The translations under genes and the position numbers were made by a program. From contig NC_058382.1 in assembly GCF_018350175.1 (NCBI RefSeq), positions 50,284,001-50,348,000 of the forward strand: a stretch of 64,000 bases of DNA, given 5' to 3'. This document shows positions 22,576-34,664 of this stretch, piece by piece; position 1 is the stretch's first letter; each line of letters starts with the position of its first letter. The notes under the pieces are model-generated. The model saw nothing but the letters and a program-made list of their open reading frames with translations. It ran no database searches and was not told the origin of the DNA. The stretch is from Felis catus. Taxonomy: Eukaryota.

Positions 22576-25230
22576 TTAAATTCAGTGCTGTATAGTGTGA
22601 ATAAGATAAATAATTTGCACCCTAAGACAATGTACCCTTTTCCCAGAGAAGTTGTGCATTTGCTTTGGATAGAAGGTAGGGTCATTAGCAGTCATTGGTC
22701 TTGTGATCTATCTCAGGCTTATCCTTATCTTATGATATGGTCCTTTTGTTTTCCAAATCACAGCCTTTCTGATTTACCAAGTCTCTCTCTACTTGGAGGT
22801 TCCTTAATTCTGTGTTTATACTCCTAAATTTAGAAATCTGTCAAAAGCGTCTTTTCAGCCTCTCAGATACTTCTAAAATCAACGTCAACTTTTATGATAA
22901 ATATATATTTTAATTCTTGCATCATCTCACCAAGTTTCTTATACTGGACTTTCACCTTCTAATTTTTTTATTGCCTCATTAATTCTTTGATGTCTTTAAA
23001 CAGAAATTTGTAATTTTAGTTTTTCTAGGTAATTTCAATTAGAAGGTTGTTCTTGTGGTAACTGCAATTCAGAGCAGTGGTAGCCACAGGAGCAACAGTT
23101 ATGCTGAGTGCACAACACAGGATTATACCTGCTTAGTTCTACAGAGGGGACATACAGGTCAACAACCATACTTATACAGTATACTGATACTGTCTGGCTG
23201 TAGGTACGTCTCAAGGACACTTCTGTTCTGAGGTCAATAGGACCATGTGAGGATTATCACCAGTATCTGACAAATGTTCCCAGTATATTCTTCCCTGATT
23301 TATCTGCACATAAATGACAGATCCTTGCCATGCAGAAGGATGTTCTTCCTGTTAAAACCTGTTGACTTAACTGTGGCGTGTAATTGGGAGACTAACACTG
23401 AGACATGAGGTCACAATAATTTTACTATTTGCCTGTGACAAGGACCACATCAAATTGGGGAAGTGGGAAGATATTACTCAGTAGTCTAATCTTTTATATT
23501 TAATACCTTAACACATCTAATTCAGATCTACGTAAAGAACTTTAAAATAAGAATCTCTAAAAAATCATGACATTTCAATCATTGGAATAGAAGATAAAGA
23601 TAGGTGACATTTTTATTACAGATAATATGACATTTAGAGACCCTATCAAGAGAAGGTATTTTTGAAACAAAGTCCTAATTCTAGAATGCAGACATTTTAT
23701 TGTCATCTTCCAAAGTAATAGGAATGTAATATATTTTCCTCTTTTTTCCATTGTACTATTATATGCTATCTGCCAGTTTTCTAAAAGTTGTGTACTGTAT
23801 CTTATATCAAGTTTATCAGTTTTTGGCATAAGTGTATATTGCTAAAAATGTTTTTACCAATTTTATTTCATAATAACCTTATTTTGAGATAGGAAACAAA
23901 GTTGTCTTTATCTTTAACCACACTAATTTACATTTTAATTCTATCCTGAGTGAGATATAATTCTAATGCAATGTAATGTTTTGTATTAAGTATTCTATAT
24001 TTTTAATTTATTGTATCTTGATTATTAAACATGTATTGATTTGAAGGAAAACATTAAAAATACCAAGAAACACGTCCCCTATAAGAATTTCTACTTTCAA
24101 AGAACAGGTTTTCAGATAAACATAAGCAGTTGGCTTATAAGCATTAAACTAATTTCATTACCCTTTGAATCGACAAAAAATGGCACTAGTTTCTGAACAT
24201 AAGAGAAACGTATCTCATGTAAGGTGATTTCAATATTATGTCTAGCTTCTCTATTACTAATATGTGTTGCTTGCAATTCACAAGCCATTATATAATGCCA
24301 TATAAATTTAATATGCCCTGAAGGGAATATGCTCTAGGGACACATTAAGAAGGCTAAATATGATTTTAAAAGCTATAAACTATGCTTTCCAATCTAGTGT
24401 TATTCAATCAGACCTAATTTATACTTCCAGCATAAGCTAAAAACAGAATAGTCAGAGTTTGCCTGGTTAATATCTAAGGCAAAGAGGAACTTTTAGCAAA
24501 TTCTCTGATGTATGTCTAATTGATACTTCTATTGATAAAAGTCTGACAATGTTTATTAGTAGCCCTTAGGAAAAAGAAATGCTTCTGATGGCTGTAAGTG
24601 CATTTGCAAAAATTGTGTTGTAGTTTGGATCAGTGCCTTTATCTCAGCCACCTTCTTTCATTGGTCTGGTTTCTAAATATAGGCTTCTGCCTATGTTAAT
24701 ACTAAAAATTTCACTGTGAGTGTGATTCAATATCTAATTGTTTTCCTATCTTTGGCTGTTAGCCAGTAATCAATTTTTAAGCATATGTACCATACCCCTA
24801 AGTACTGCCATTAACACCATGACCAACAAATGCAGTACACTCTTATCAACATGCCCCAGCTGTGTTGTCAACCGGGACATGCAACTGAAATACAAAATGC
24901 TTCAGCTAAAGGAAAGCCTTTAGAGAACTCCAAGGTCAAAAATACATCTCATGGACCTTGGTATATTTAGGGAAATGATACAGTGTAGTCTTCTCTGTGA
25001 AGACAGAAATGCCCACATTTACAAGTGATAATTTAGTGTACTAGAGTACAATCTAGTCCTCTAGTGGTTATAGTCTTCTGTATAGTCTGCAAAACTGCAA
25101 TCACCTGTGTGATTTTTAAATAGCATTATTGAGGTATAATTTACATACCATAAATTTTTTTCATTTTAAATGTACAGTAGTTCTTTAATTTCCTTTAAAT
25201 TCTCTTTAATTCCCTTTAAATTCCCTTTAA

Positions 25231-26845
25231 TTTCCTTCCCTTTGGAAATGTGTCGAGTAAGAAATTGCTGCGGCTGAGGTCAAATAGGTTGTTGCCTGCT
25301 TTCTCCTCTAGGGTTTTGATGGTTTCCTGTCTCACATTCAGGTCCTTTATCCATTTTGAGTTTATTTTTGTGTATGGTGTAAGAAAGTAGTCTAGTTTCG
25401 TTCTTCTGCATGTTGCTGTCCAGTTTTCCCAGCACTATTTGCTAAAGAGACTGTCTTTTTTCCATTGGATACTCTTTGCTGCTTTGTCGAAGATTAGTTA
25501 GCTATACATTTGTGGGTCCAATTCTGGATTCCCTATTCTATTCCATTGGTCTATGGGTCCGTTTTTGTGCCAATACCATACTGTCTTGATGATTACAGCT
25601 TTGGTAGTGGAGGCTAAAGTCTGGGATTGTGATGCCTCCTGCTTTGGTCTTCTTCAAAATTACTTTGGCTATTTGGAGCCTTTTGTGGTTCCATATGAAT
25701 TTTAGGATTGCTTGTTCTAGCTTTGAGAAGAATGCTGGTGCAATTTTGATTGGGATTGCATTGAATGTGTAGATAGCCTTGGGTAGTATTGACATTTTAA
25801 CAATATTTATTCTTCCAGTCCATGAGCATGGAATGTTTTTCCATTTCTTTGTGTCTTCTTCAGTTTCCTTCATAAGCTTTCTGTAGTTTTCAGATCTTTC
25901 ACACTTTTGGTTAGGTTTATTCCTAGGTATTTTGTGGTTTGTGGTACAATTGTGAATGGTATCCGTTTCTTTCTCTTTCTGTTGGTTCGTTATTGGTGTG
26001 TAAAAATGCAACCAATTTCTGTACACTGATATTGTACCCTGTGACTTGGCTGAATTTCATGTATTAGTCTTTTGGTGGAGTCTTTGGGGTTTTCTATGTA
26101 GAGTATCATGTTGTCTGTGAAAAGCGGAAGTTTGACTTCTTTGCCAGTTTTGATGCCTTTTAATTCATTTTGTTGTCTGATTGCTGATCCTAGGACTTTC
26201 AACGCTATGTTAAACAACAGTGGTGAGAATGGACATCCCTGTTGTGTTCCTGATCTCAGGGGGAAAGCTCTCAGTGTTTGCACATTGAGGCTGATGTTAG
26301 CTGTGGGCATTTCCTATATGGCTTTTATGATGTTTAAGTATGTTCCTTCTATTCCGACTTTCTTGAGGGTTTTTATTAAGCAAGAATGTTGTATTTTGTC
26401 AAATGCTTTTTTGCATGAATTGACAGATCATGTGGCTTTTATCCTTTCTTTTATTAATGTGATGTATCACATTGATTGATTTGCGAATATTGAACCAGCT
26501 CTGCAGCCCAGGAATGAATCCCACTTGAATGATTCTTTTTATATGCTGTTGAATTCAATTTGCTAGTATCTTGTTGAGAATTTTTGCATCCATGTTCATC
26601 AGGGATATTTGCCTGTAGTTCTTTTTTGTAGGGTCTCTGTCTGGGTTGGGAATCAAGGTAATGCCAGCTTCATAGACTGAGTCTAGAAGTTTTCCTTCCA
26701 CTTCTATTTATTGGAACAGCTTGAGAAGGATAAGTATTAACTCTGTTTCAAATCCCTGAATTCCTCAGGGAAGCCATCTGGACCAGGACTCTTATTTTTG
26801 GGAGACTTTTGATAAGTGATTCAACTTCTTCACTAGTTATGGGTT
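25231..26845 (-). mobile_element. Felid L1, inverted 5' segment (ORF2 RT region, frameshifted)
   Basis: ORFs 25990..26310(-) [15 protein letters not shown]...LFTDNMILY and 25538..26026(-) [26 protein letters not shown] are L1 ORF2p. Confidence 0.95.
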
Positions 26846-27454
26846 CAACTGGTGCAGCCACTCTGGAAAACAGTGTGGAGGTTCCTCAAAAAATTAAAAA
26901 TAGATCTACCCTATGACCCAGCAATAGCACTACTAGGAATTTACCCTAGGGATACAGGAGTGCTGATGCATAGGGGCACATGTATCCCAATGTTTATAGC
27001 AGCGCTTTCAACAATAGCCAAATTATGGAAATCACCTAAATGTCCATCATCTGATGAATGGATAAAGAAGATGTGGTTTATATATACAATGGAATACTAC
27101 TTGGCAATGAGAAAGAATGAAACCCTGCCATTTGCAGCAACGTGGATGGAACTGGAAGGTATTATGCTGAGTAAAATAAATCAGTCAGAGAAGGACAGAT
27201 ATCATATTTTTTCACTCATATGTGGATCTTGAGAAACTTAACAGAAGGCTAGTGGGGAGAGGTGGGGGGGAAAAAGTTACAGAGAGGGAGGGAGGCAAAC
27301 CATAAGAGACTCCTAAATTCAGAGAATAAACTGAGGGTAGATGGAGGGGTGGGGGAGAGGGGAAAATGGGTGATGGGCATTGAGGAGGCCACTTGTTGGT
27401 ATGAGCACTGGATGTTGTATGTAAGCCAATTTGACAATACATTATATTAAAAAA
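26846..27454 (+). mobile_element. Felid L1, non-inverted 3' segment (ORF2 C-terminus and 3' UTR)
   Basis: ORF 26852..27232(+) QPLWKTVWRFLKKLKIDLPYDPAIALLGIYP...WFIYTMEYY; short A tail; TSD aaatgta(ca/tg)gtagtt at 25168 / 27452. Confidence 0.95.
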
Positions 27455-28560
27455 TGTATGGTAGTTTTTAATAAATTTATATTTTTGCATGTAACAGCAC
27501 AATCCCATATTTCCATCTCCCTAAAAAGATTCCTTGTGCCCAATCTCACTTTCCACTTTGAGCCACAGGCAAACAAGAATGTGCTTTCTGTTTACAAAAT
27601 TTCATTTTTTAGACATTTCCTATTTATGGAAACTTCCTTTAAATGGAAACATATAATGTGTGGTCTTTCAGGTCTGCCTTTTTTCACTTAGCATAATGGT
27701 TTTGAGGTTCATCTATATTTTGCCTGGAGCAGTAGTTCATTTTTTTTTTTTTTTTTTTTTTTACTGTTAGTAGTATTGCACTTTGTGGATATACTACATT
27801 TTATTTTTCCATTCATCAGTAGATGAACACTTTGATTGTTTTCACTTTTTAGTTAGTATTAATAATGCTACTGGAAATATGCGTTTACAAGTCTTTGTGT
27901 AGACCTATGTTTTCAGTTATCTTGTGTAGTTATCTAGAAGTAGAATTGATGGGTTATATGAGAATTTTATATTTAAAATTTTAAGAAATAAACTGTTTTC
28001 CAAAGTGGCAACACTATTTTAATTCTCATTATAAATATGCGAGTTTGCCATTTTCTCCATGTTCTTCCTAAGAGTTATTATTATCTGTTCTTAACTTTTT
28101 ATTACTTTATTCTAGTAGGTGTTAAGTATCACATGTGGTATTTATTTACCTTTCCCTGATTAATGATATCTCTTATGTGCTTGTTAATTACTCATATATA
28201 TGTTTTTGGGTAAAAGTCCATTCTACACTTTTGTCCATTTAAAATGAGCTTTTCTTATTTCTTAGTTTTAAGAGTTCCTTATAGTTTTTAGATACACATC
28301 TTTTATGAGATATTTGATTTGCAAATAATTTCTAACAGTCTGATGCTTATTTTTTTAGTTTCACTAATGGTGTCTTTTAAACACAAATGTTTTGAACTTT
28401 GATAAAGTGTTTATTTTTTCATTTTTTTTCATTTATAGAATGTATTTTTGTTGTATCTAAGAAGGTTTTGCATAGCCCAGATTATATGGATATTTTCTCC
28501 TATGTGTCATTTTTAAAATTTTATAGTTTTAGCTCTTCCATTTAGACACATTTTTAGTTA
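27455..28560 (-). mobile_element. Old L1 (L1MB/MC-like) 3' end hosting the young L1; its other part lies at ~25120-25182
   Basis: ttgaggtataatttacataccataa at ~25130 continues at 27455 with ttcacttagcataatggttttgaggttcatc. Confidence 0.8.
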
Positions 28561-28870
28561 GTCACATGGCTTTCTCCATTTTTAAAACCAGCAACAGAGA
28601 CTCCAGAGCTCTGAATTCGAACCTCCTTCTTGTTTTGAATCTCTTTCTCCAGGAAGAGCCTTGTTTATTTTTCAGAATCATCTGATTAGGTCAGACCCAG
28701 GGTGAATCATATCTCTTTTTTAAAGTCAACTGTGTTGTATAAAACAACCTAATCATATTCTGGCATATTCTTTAGTACCTTCCACACTCAACAGAAGGGG
28801 GCTATAGAGGATGTGGATCATAGGGAGTAAAATAGAACTACTGGAGATACTAGAATTCTGCCTGATGCTA
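28560..28870 (-). mobile_element. MaLR LTR fragment (MLT1E/F-like)
   Basis: tctgattaggtcagaccca...ttaaagtcaactg...tagaattctgcct. Confidence 0.65.
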
Positions 28871-29167
28871 CTACTGATGTGTCTGTTGAAGCAAAATACA
28901 TTGAGGGGAAAACATATACTAAATACAGTTTCACTTACCACTCTCATGGAGCTTTTAAAAAGTTAAGAGTAACAAAACAAAATCAAAACCATTTACTTCA
29001 CAACTTTATGTATTAAAACATTTTCAAACTATGATTTTATGTTAAAACTTTCTTAAGTGTATAAAATCTGAGGCCAAGATTCTAATATGCAGTGGCTTAA
29101 GCTGAAATTGTTACAATTATTATCTAATAGTAGGCAATGTAAAGTTTCAGATCTTATGATTGGATAA

Positions 29168-29169
<2 letters not shown>

Positions 29170-29207
<38 letters not shown>
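29170..29207. repeat. (AT)n microsatellite
   Basis: Direct. Confidence 0.95.
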
Positions 29208-29210
<3 letters not shown>

Positions 29211-30533
29211 TTTTAGAATACTGTCTCATTTTCCATTAGTTCACTCCTAAGATAAAGACAAACACAATGTGGTGTCAGATAAGTATATTTTCATGATAAA
29301 TAAGAATCAGTATGGTTGCCTTCAGAGTTAATGTGCAGTTTGAACCGGTCTTTTTCAAATTCAAGTGCATGATAATTTACACTGATTGCATTTTCATAAA
29401 GATACCTGTGCTTAAAAATGATGGCCTCACAGGAACTATAAAATGTTGTACTTGAATGGCTTTGAAAATAAAAATAAAATTATTTGAAAACTGATAGGTT
29501 GAAGAGCTTAGAATATATCTGGTTTTAAAGGCCTTCACCTACTCTAATTCTTCATTAAGGAAAATCAATCATAGGATGAGAACATGAATTAGATATCCCT
29601 AAATGTCATAACATTTATATATTGGATTTTATTTTTACTTCATTAAGAAACCAAATAGGACTGTAATTAAAGAAAACGATAGCATATGGTAGAGAGACTG
29701 TTCATGGTTTTCCCAACTTTAAACACCATTAGAAATTCTACACTGTGAAGGACAAACCAAGTGAACTATATGCATAATTGATTAGAAACTTATCCACTTT
29801 TAAATCACAGGGAAATCTACTTTGATTTAATTTGAAATCTGTTACACATCTCTGTTTGAAATTGAATGCCCTAAAATTTCCCATGATATCTGAAAGGAGA
29901 TGAGAATGAACAAGATGGTGAGGGCTTGAAAACTCTTCTGGCAATATTATTTAATTTTGTAGACTTACTTAGATATATCATGAAATTGTGTATTTATAAC
30001 TTCCGTAATCTCCCTCTGTAAAGCCTTGATTCAGTAAAAATGATTTGGATGCCTACTGTGTACCAGGTGCCAGGAAAACATTCTGAGCAAACTGAAAAGA
30101 TTTTCCACCTCGCTGAAGTGGGGTGGAAAAACAAGACAAGCAAAAGTTGTATTTATAATATGTTGTGATAAATGCTCTCGGGTCTGGGAAGAGTGGGACA
30201 CAAATCAACACGTGATCTTAAAAGTCACTCTGATCACCCACAGATTATCAGGATTTAACTTTATTTTTCCCTCTCCCATTCTAGTTTTCGGACTTACTTG
30301 TATAACCATGAATTTCCTTGAATGTATTCATGTATTTTTGAAGTATGCACAAAAATATCTCTCCCTCAAGTCCATAATAATTTTTGTTTGGGTCAGTATT
30401 CTGTGGCCATGAAAGAGTAGAAGAATGAGGCTTCCTTGAATCTCTGCGTTCTCTGTTCCCACTCAAGATTGAAGCAGTACAAGTGTGTAGCAATCAAGTG
30501 ATTCACATTTGTATGTTTGATGTGAGGGGACTC

Positions 30534-30865
30534 GTGTGTGTGTGTGTGTGTGTGTGTGGTTTATTGTGATGGTAAGTGTGGGATGGCGTGTGCTGTGCTG
30601 TGGTGTGTGGTTGATGTAATGTGGTCTGTTGGGGATGGTAGATGTGGGCGTGGGTGTGTAGTGGAGTGTAGTATACTATGTGTTGTGCTCTGTGGTGCAG
30701 TGAGGTGTGTTAGGGTGACACGGGTGGTGTGTGTGTGTGTGTGCCTGCGTGCATGCACACTGTGGGATGTGGTGTTAAGGGTGGCTTGTGTACTGTAGGG
30801 TGGTAGATGTGTAGATGGCAGGTGTATGGGAGATGTAGGTCTGGGAGTCTGGGGTTTGGTGTATG
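30534..30865. repeat. Degenerate TG-rich low-complexity tract with (GT)n cores
   Basis: Direct; explains the Cys/Val-rich and His/Thr-rich spurious ORFs. Confidence 0.85.
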
Positions 30866-31210
30866 ATTCTGTACTTTATACTACATTTTTGAAGTATCAT
30901 GTTCCTGAAGTCCTATAAACATTGAAGGAAATGTGTTCCCACAAATTAACAAAGAACCCAGGTTACACTCATTTAGTATGCACTGTGTGAACTTGCTAAG
31001 TTTCAGTATGTGTTTCCTGGTCTGAATGCAATAGCACACACACAGAGGCGGCTTATTGGACATAAGCGGGGCTGGGTGTTCCTAAGATGAATATGACAAA
31101 GTGAGTAGGTATCCTCCATGAGCTTCAGTCTAGGAGGAGTATAAATTTGCCACCAATATGTAACTTTTTTGATCTTGACAGCAAGCATGAGGTTTCCATA
31201 TAGGGAAGGA

Positions 31211-31215
31211 TATAC

Positions 31216-31251
<36 letters not shown>

Positions 31252-31443
31252 TTAAATGTTTTTTTGTTTATTATGAAAGAGAGTGAGCAGGGGAGGGGCA
31301 GAGAGAGGGAGAGAGAAAATCCCAAGCAGGCTCCATGCTCAGCGTGGAGCCTGATTTGGGGCTCGATCTCACTGTTGTGGGATTATGGCCTCAGTCAAAA
31401 TTAAAAGTGGGGATCTTAGCCAATTGAGCCACCCAGGCGCCCT
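31211..31443 (-). mobile_element. Can-SINE with a (TATATG)n microsatellite at its tail
   Basis: SINE body 31250-31443; degraded TSD taggga(a/g)gga. Confidence 0.9.
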
Positions 31444-32523
31444 TAGGGAGGGAAATATTTTAAGGGTAATATCCTGATAGATACCTTGAACTAGAGGGTG
31501 CGGTCACCAGGCCATGAGTGCACCCAGTCGCCACCAAGAGCTACTCTTTGGTTCTTTCATCTTTGGTTCTTTCATCTTTGTCTTTCTGATTGGGAACGGG
31601 GGAAAATATGAATGAGAGAAGAGATGTGGAGAGAAGGGATGAGTGAGATTGTGCTACCTGGGGACTGGTGGGGGAGGGGTGAGGTGAAAGGAAGCTAGCA
31701 GGTGTTTTAACAGATACTTCATGTTTAAAATCAAATCGGTTACATTCTTGTCGTGTGATCACAGCTTTCATTTCCATCTTTAAAACACTGACTTTTCCTT
31801 TAAAATTACCACGGAGTTTAGTAACCTCAGAATGATATGCGGAGAGAGAGTTCCAGAAGGTGCTGTGAAAGGAGATAGAATCAGGAAAGCTTGATGTGGA
31901 CTTTAGGCAGAGAGGACCCAGATCTGAAATGCTTAATGTCTGTGTAGATATTGGAGAAGATTCTCTGCTACTCCAAGAAGGAGTTTCAGGGACTTGCACT
32001 ACTCTTGAGGAACAGGGGAGAGACCCAGCTGAAGTCTGATTTATACTTATGAGGCCCATTCTTCACCTTACGGGGGGGTAGTGGAACACAATGGTGTCAG
32101 AGTGTAGTTTCTCATTACAGTTAAGGCATGAAGGATGAGTAAGTGCCGCCGTGGTATAATTGGCAAGAAGAACTGGGCGCCTTATTGACTTGAAGGAAAA
32201 AGAAAATTGAGAGAAACTTGTGTAATTGTCTCATGTAGAAAGACAGGATGGATATGGAACAAGAGAGAGCTAAAGCTCATCTTCTTTTCCTTCCCATGAA
32301 ATCGTTGCTCCACCATGACTCTTCTGCTCACCATGGCGTGGATGTGTTTCCCCTTCTCCAGTCAGCTCTCCCTCCTCTTGTTTTATCTTTCCTATTCTTT
32401 CCCCATAGCTCCTGCTGATTGATCACCATCTCCTCTGTCCCTCAGATTCCACAATGCAGACTGTCAAAAGTTGGTGCCAAAAATCCCATGGATTTTAGAG
32501 TTAAAAACACAAAACACTCATTT

Positions 32524-33260
32524 TGGTGGGCGGACTCTAGAGCATCCCCTGTAATTTCTGCCCCACCTCATCTTTAAACCCTTAAGTGTGGATGGGACTT
32601 GTGACTTGCTCCTGACCAATAGAATATGAAGGAGGTGGAGGTTTATTGCCATTATTGGAATTAAGGTGTCACATCAGTTGATTTTGAGTTAATCAGAAGG
32701 AAGAGGTGCCTGGGTGGGCCTGGCTTAATCAGATCAAGGCCCCTACAGCTGCAGCTGAGCTCTCCCTGAGATGAGAAACACACTCTCCATCACTGTCTTG
32801 AAGAAGTAAGCTGCCACATTGTGAGAGGGTCTCTGGAGAGGACCAAGGAGCAAGGAACAATGGATGGCCTTTAGAAGCAGAGAATGACTCTTGATTGACA
32901 GAAATAAAACAAAAACCTCAGTCCCACAGCTACAAGGAGATGAATTATGTCAACATTCTGAGAGTATTTGGAAGCAGATCTTTTTCATTCAAGGTTCCTT
33001 TTTTTTTCTTTTTTCTAGGAGTTTACTTTTTTATATTTTATTTTTTTAATAGGAAATTTGTCAAATTGGTTTCATTCAAGTTTCTAATGAGACTGTAGCC
33101 CTAAAGGACACCTGCATTTTTCCTTGTGTGTTCCTGAAGCAGACAACCCAGGTAGGTTGTGACTGAACTTTTGACGTATGGAAACCACGAGATAATGAAT
33201 GAGTTTGGTTTTAAACTGCCAAGTTTGTGGTAGTGTGTTACACACCACAAAGCTAATACA
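32524..33260 (+). mobile_element. MaLR LTR (MLT1E/F-like)
   Basis: gggacttgtgacttgctcctgaccaatagaatatg...cagttgattttgagttaatc...aagctaataca. Confidence 0.8.
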
Positions 33261-33334
33261 GTCACCAATTTTAACTGTACTGAATTATCCAAAAAGATCA
33301 CAGTGGTCTGAAATGATCAAAATACCATATACTG

Positions 33335-33668
33335 GTCAAAATGTAAAAGAATAGGTGGCTTAAACAACAGGAATTTATTTTCTCACACTTCTGGAGCCTA
33401 GAAGTACAACATCAAGATTCTTGGTCTTCAGTGAAGGCTCTCTTCCCAGTTTGCAGACAGCTGCCTTCTCATTATGTTCCCATATGCATATATACAGAGA
33501 TTGATTAAATTTTCTTGTCTCTTCTTAAAAGAACAAAAATCCTGTTGATTCCAGGCTTCACACTTTTGCCCTCATCTAACCTTAACTACCTCCTTACTCT
33601 AGTTGCAGCCGTGCTGGCGGATAGGGCTTCAGTGTATGAATTTTGAGACATACATTCAGCCCATAATA
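33335..33668 (-). mobile_element. MaLR LTR (MLT1A/B-like)
   Basis: ggtggcttaaacaacaggaatttattttctcacacttctggag...acattcagcccataa. Confidence 0.85.
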
Positions 33669-34221
33669 GTACTTTTCCTCATTGGATTTCATGTACTCCG
33701 TAAGTGATGTATAATACATAAATCTATAGGACATAAAAAAGCTGTTACAAAATGAGCAAAATGATGACCAGAACAATAGAAAATTTGGCAGAGGAATCTG
33801 TAATGTTTTCTGAAAAGATCATTTGATGTCCTAATGATAAATATAGATGAAAATTATGGCAGTGATTTTGCCTATTAAATTTGCAAAGATTAAAATACTG
33901 AAAAGGTTCTCAGTGATGACAAAATGTGGGGAAAAATAATCTGCGTTTTGCTGATTTGGCAATTTCTCAAAATTTAAAATGCACATACAGTGTAAGCATA
34001 TAGAAAGATGTCGATTATAACATTGTTAGTGGTAGCAATATATAGGACTCATCTGAATGTTCCATTAAGAGGGCAGTAGTTAAATGAATTACTCTGGATA
34101 TCACTCTAGGAATTTGAAAAACAGGTCGACCTATTTGTATTGAATTTAAAAGAAGGCAGTTACATAGTATTAAGTGAAAAAAAAAAGTGGCAAGTTACTT
34201 GTAGTGCATTATCCTAGGATA

Positions 34222-34664
34222 CATTTACTTATTTAATCAATCATTAATCAACTCGTCAATCAATTTCATCCATGCCCCTAACCACCTCCCCTCTGGCAAC
34301 CACCAGTTTGTTCTCTGTATTTAAGAATCTTTTTTTTTCTCTCTTCTTTTCTTGTTGTTCATTTGTTTCTTAAGTTCTACATATGAGTAAAATCATATGG
34401 TATTTGTCTTTCTCTGACTGATTTATTTCTTTTAGCATTATATCCTCTAGATCCACCTCTTTGTTGCAAATGGCAAGATCTCATTCTTTTTTATGCCCTT
34501 TTGGTATTTACCCAAACAAAATAAAAACACTAATTTCAAAAGATATATGTACCCCTGTTTTATTGCAGCATTATTTACATTAGCCAAGATATGGAAGCAG
34601 CCCAAATGTCTATCATTAGATGAATGGATAAAGATGGATGCTATATAGACAGTGGAATATTACT
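34222..34664 (-). mobile_element. Short L1 insertion with a 5' inversion (minus 34222-34495, plus 34496-34664) inside an older L1
   Basis: The two pieces are adjacent segments of the L1 3' region in opposite orientation. Confidence 0.8.

Noticed and set aside
25181..25240. Regular short repeats as a possible CRISPR-like array
   Set aside because: No spacers and a mammalian context; explained as junction filler
31541..32059. Longest ORF in the track (172 aa, minus strand)
   Set aside because: Ser-rich and not recognisable. Its C-terminus (KDERTKDERTKE) comes from a 15-bp tandem duplication at 31545-31574. No supporting gene structure.
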